From the human T2T-CHM13v2.0 reference genome, Homo sapiens: a stretch of 64,000 nucleotides of DNA. The stretch is taken from NCBI RefSeq assembly GCF_009914755.1, contig NC_060929.1. One strand, written 5' to 3'. Below the pieces are notes generated by a model. The model worked only from the letters and a program-made list of their open reading frames with translations, made no database searches and was not told the DNA's origin. The position numbers were made by a program, and so were the translations under genes. This document shows, piece by piece, positions 59,071 through 64,000 of the stretch (position 1 is the stretch's first letter; each line of letters begins with the position of its first letter).

Positions 59071-59440
59071 CAGTAGTCCTCTCTTATTCACAGTTCTGCT
59101 TTCTGCAGTTTCAGTTACCTGTGACCAACTGAGGTACAAAAATATTAAATGAAAAATTCCGGAAGTAAACAATGTGTAAGTTTTAAATTGTGCACCGTTC
59201 TAAATAGTGTGATGAAATCTCGCTAGCACCATCCCGCTCCATCCCACCCGGGACATGAATCATCCCTTTGTCCAGTGTATCCACACTGTACACACTCCCT
59301 GCCCATTGGTCACGCTGTAGCCCTCTCACTATCAGATCAACTGTTGCATATAGTAGATATAGGGTTTGGTACCATCAGTGGCTTCAGGCATCCACTGATA
59401 TTCTTGGAACATATCACCCATGGATAAGTGGGGACCACTG
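59071..59440 (+). mobile_element. MER44/Tigger7-family DNA transposon
   Basis: Terminal inverted repeats CAGTAGTCCTCTCTTATTCA / TGGATAAGTGGGGACCACTG followed by TA; internal GACATGAATCATCCCTTTGTCCAG. Confidence 0.88.
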
Positions 59441-59834
59441 TAGTTGGCTTACTTTCTGGCACATGCTCCTTATGATATAAGGGACTGGTACAAACAGTTC
59501 TGGAACCAACAATTTGTGTAGAACTGCTGTGGATAATTTATGTATGAGAAAGTTTCTTCTAGCTTACAAAATTATTTATCTTTTCAAGGAAACTGGGCCA
59601 AGGCTGTCACCTCTCCTACTTAGTTCTCTTCATCCACACCACATACTTTCCTAGCTTTTCAGAGACATAGGAATGTCTGTCAGGGCATAAGAAGTCATCT
59701 GTGAAACTCTTGGATGTCTTTTAAAAATTCTCGTTTTACTCCTCTGAAGTAAGAACTATCTTCAGAATTGGCAGTTCAAGCTTAAATGTTTTTAACACTA
59801 TTACATCCCTTGAAAGAGTCAAAAGACAAAAAAG

Positions 59835-59837
<3 letters not shown>

Positions 59838-59865
<28 letters not shown>
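59838..59865. repeat. (TA)n microsatellite
   Basis: Read directly. Confidence 0.95.
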
Positions 59866-59869
<4 letters not shown>

Positions 59870-60959
59870 AAACGGTTATATTAATCCATACGTTCCCTTT
59901 TTCTCTTTCCTATTGCAGAAGTATTACCAAATGATTACTTAATTATGAGTATCTTAAAACACACCATGGAATTGTGTCTGAGTTTATAAATGACTGAAAT
60001 ATATGAAGTTTATTATTGTGATCATGTCGTAATCTAAAAAAAACACCTGACTTAAGATTGACTTAAGATTAAGATAAATCTAACACCTAAAGTGATTAAA
60101 GGGAAAACAGACTTTGTGGACTACAAGTATATTAAATATAAAGTAGAATGTGCACGTATATTTACGATGCTTTGAAATCTCTGCATCTGCTCCTTGTTTT
60201 CAATATCTTGCCTTCTTGAATTTTGTAACAAGATGATAATATGACTGAAATTTATATATGTCCAGGCAGGCGTTCAGCCACATAAAAATTCATTATTCTG
60301 ATCTAAATAAATAAAAGTGCAAAGAAAATTATACTCCAGTTTATTTCTCCATAAAAATATGAAAGCCTGGTAATGTATTAAGCATAAAAATACATTACTA
60401 TGGGTTGTTATTAAATTTATCACTTTTAAGTGAGTGCATCTCTTTGTACTCCTATGTCAGATCAGTGACTCTGCATTTTGATTTGCATCATTCTTTGGAA
60501 GAGATTTATCATCTGCTTGTTTTTTTCTGCTCAATCTTTCTATTTCTGCATTGTACAAGCCACTTAGAAACACCAACAAAATAAGATTCTTGAAACTAAT
60601 CTGGGTTGCTAGCATAAGTCAGTTTATAGAATCCTCAAATAGCTAAGACCACGTCAAGACCAAGTGGTCTTGGTATCTCTGACCAAGTCTCTCTGACTTC
60701 AGGTGGACGAAAATGGGCAACCTTCTTTTACATTGATCATGCACAGAGTGTTTAACACAGGTGGTATTGTTGATTGAGGCTGAAAGAAAGACCACAGGGC
60801 TTCATAGCTAGCTTTAAGTAAAAATTTTTCCTGTCCCCACCCTGTTTCTCATTTTTACAGCCTTAACTACTATCAGGAATCTTGAGGATCTTCAAAGCAG
60901 ACTCCTGAAGCATTTACTGAGGATAACAAAAGTAAATAATATAATCATTTCTTTCTTCA

Positions 60960-61309
60960 AAATACCCTCATGGCCAGATCTTTCTCATTCTTCAAGACTA
61001 GCTTGCATGTCAGTTCCCCCCATATATTCCTTCTCTGACCAATCTATCTAAAGTCATCTCACTGTTTTTTTTAATTTTTTTTATTTTTTCTCTACCATTG
61101 CCACCCATCATTTCCTTCAAGGCACTTACTAAAATGATTGTTTTTGTTTATTTATTTATTATATGTCCCTTTCTGAAAAATACAAACTCCATGAGGACAG
61201 TGAGCATGTCTTTTTAATTTTTTTAACCTCAAGGCCTAGCACAGTGTCTGACATGGATTAGACACTCTAATAACTTTGAAAGTTGATGACTAAATGAATG
61301 AATGAATGA
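60960..61309 (+). mobile_element. L2 3' end
   Basis: AAACTCCATGAGGACAG...GCCTAGCACAGTGTCTGACA...(AATG)n terminus. Confidence 0.8.
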
Positions 61310-62264
61310 CTTCTATATGTGTGAGCTTGTCTTTGTGGTAACCTGATGAGTTTAGAAAGAGTGTTAGATCATTTAAAAACATGGCAGAGGGGAATGGAAA
61401 GTGCATTTTGAAAATCCTTGCATTACCCTCATCACATGATACAAAGGCAGCAGTTACATTCCTTGTCCCTTTCTACCAGGTAATATTGAACTGGAAGTTA
61501 GCTTCAGATGTGTCTCTGAATTGTTCAATCAATGTATTTTGGTTTTGGTATTTATTAAGAGAGGTTCTGATCATCAAGAAGCAAAAAGTATATGTTCTCT
61601 TACCTCCAATACAAGTAAATAAGACAGTTCTAAGGCAGTCTATTTGCAAAGTAAGTTGTGTCTTTCTTAATAACACTCAAAATTTTTTTAAAAGCTTGAA
61701 TATGAGTTATTGTTCACAGATATGGGGTAGGTCACACAGTAAGGCTTTTATTTGAATTAAATGGGAATGAACTGTTTGTTTCTTTAAGTGAAATAGAAGG
61801 TTTAGTTGATTTCATCTTCAGTATTATTAACTGCTAATCTTCTTTAAGAATTATACAGGAAAGAGCAACAGCAATTAATATCTCAGATGTAAAAAACATA
61901 AACTTGTGGATAAAACTGTGAAAAATAGTCAAAAAATTTTAAAATGTTGATCATGTCTCTTTACTGAGGTAATATATTCAAGAGGAAGTGAACATTTTGT
62001 GATAAGAATACAGCCTTAGGTCATTAGTTATTTCAAAATACTATGTGGGAACCTCAACTATAAGCAACCCCAGAACTAGGTTTGAAATTAGTGTTAAAAG
62101 CTTGATCTCCTTCCCGGAGCCATGTAGTAAGAAGCAATGCATGAGAGAAGCTATGAAAGGTGGGAAGAAGAGAGACCAAGGTGAAATCCAGACTGAATCA
62201 AAGTGGCCGTTCAGGTTGATGCTGGCTGGGACTTTGTTGTAATGACGTTTAAAATGACTAATGT

Positions 62265-63865
62265 TTCAACAGTTAGGCAGACATATTGGTGAAATAGTTA
62301 TGACACTTTCTAAATTGATCTGTAGATTTGACACAGTTCCAAAATAATTCAACGAGGCTCTTTTTTTTTTTTTTTTTTTTTTGGTAGAAATCGAGACGCT
62401 AATTCTAAAATACATGTGAAAACACCAAGAAATATTTACTAGAATATGTAAAACAATCTTAAAAAAACCCCAAAGTTTGAGGATTAATACTACCTTAATT
62501 TAAGATTATTATAAAGCTACAGTTGTTAGAAGATGTGGTCCAGACATGAAGAAGGATATATAGATAAACAGAACAGAATGGAATAAAGAACTCAGAAGTA
62601 GACCTCCACTGACTTGGTTAACTTTTAATGAAGGCATCACAGTAATTCAATATAGAAAGAAAAATCTTCTCCACAAGTTGTATTAGAACAACTAGATGTG
62701 AATATGAAAATAAAGGAGTCTTAACCCCTACCTACACAAAAAAATAATTGAAGAAGGATCAATTAATTGGATGGGATAAGACTAACCAAAAATTGAAAAG
62801 TGTAAAGCCAGAATAGAAGAATATCTTATGAATTATGCATAGTTAAAATTTCCTAGACAACACAAGGAAGGAATAACCACAAAAAAATGATAAATGAGAA
62901 TCCACCAAAATTTAAAACTTTTGTTTATCAAAATATACGATTGAGAAAATGAATTGACAACCTGCAGACTAGAAGAAAATATTTGTAAGACATACCATGC
63001 TGAAAATGACTAGAGTTCAGGTACACTGAAAATACTGAAAATTTAACAATAGAAAGATAAACAACCCAATAAAATATGGACAAAAGAGTTGAACAGCCAC
63101 TTTACTAAATAATGTGTACAGATGGCTAATAAATGATAAAAACATTGATCTTCATTCATCTTAACTAATTTTTAGGGAAATGCAAATTAAAACCATGATG
63201 AGATACCACTACATAACCAAGCAAATAGCTAAAATTAAAAAGACCAACTGTCCCAAATGTTGGAGAGGATGTGAAGCAAATGGGATCTTATATGTTACTG
63301 AAGCAAGTGTAAAATGTTACAATCACTTTGCAAAATGACCTGACAGTATCCTATAAAACTAAGTATACATCAACTTTATTGTCTATCAATTCTACTCTCA
63401 AGTGTTTTCTCAAAATAAGTGAAAGTATATGCCCACAAAGCAATTTCTCCAAGAGTGCTCCTAGCAGTTTTATTCATAACAGCCAAAATATGTAAACAGC
63501 TCAGAGGTTCATCAAGCCTAGTATATTCATACAATGAATTGAACACAGCTCAGCAATAAAGAAAAGTGAACTATTGATACAGAGAAAATCTGGGTGAATC
63601 TCAAAAATATATTGAGAGAAAGATTTATACAAAAGAGAACATACTGTATGGTTCCATTTATATGAAGTTCTATTGTAGGCAAAACCAATCATGGTGAAAA
63701 AAGAATCAGAGCTATGGTGACTCTGGTGTGAGTTTGGAGAGAGAGACAGGGATTTACTTGGAAGAGACATGAGGGAAATTTGGGGGATGATAGTAATAAT
63801 TGATATTATGGTAAGAATTGGATCCACTTAGGTGATATGTATCTGTCAAAATCAATCAAGTGGTT
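62265..63865 (+). mobile_element. Old L1M (L1MC/MD-like) 3' ORF2 and 3'UTR
   Basis: AAATTGATCTGTAGATTTGACAC, GGAAATGCAAATTAAAACCATGATGAGATACCACT, ATACTGTATGGTTCCATTTATATGAAGTTC. Confidence 0.88.
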
Positions 63866-64000
63866 TGCTTTTCATTTACCACAATGAAATATATTAATCT
63901 TACTCCACGCAAACAAATGAAAACTTCACATGTACATGAAAGCTTGGTTTCCTATACAATAGTATTTCCGAATCTAAGCCTTACATGAGCATCAGTGTAT

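Noticed and set aside
60655-60672. CAAGACCA-AG-TGGTCTTG inverted repeat
   Set aside because: An 8-bp stem is expected by chance in 64 kb

Overview
This is 64 kb of AT-rich, CpG-depleted primate (human-like) non-coding DNA, either intronic or intergenic, and a large share of it is transposon-derived: Alu, L1, L2, MIR, CR1/L3, MaLR and ERV LTRs, and hAT and Tigger DNA transposons. I found no credible protein-coding exon, RNA gene, CRISPR array or prokaryote-type system. The ORF track is explained by Alu/L1 remnants, simple repeats and chance. The most interesting structures are: (1) a local rearrangement at 5.0-6.3 kb of the form A-C'-B'-C-D, an inversion plus a ~360-bp inverted duplication that splits a MER39/MER34-type LTR into oppositely oriented halves; (2) a decayed two-LTR ERVL provirus at 16.0-21.7 kb with recognisable protease, integrase and dUTPase remnants and a younger internal duplication; (3) a head-to-head Alu pair only 28 bp apart; (4) a twin-primed, 5'-inverted L1PA; and (5) a tail-less AluY. 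Repeat family names come from my recall of consensus sequences and need RepeatMasker/Dfam confirmation. Boundaries of old elements are approximate.
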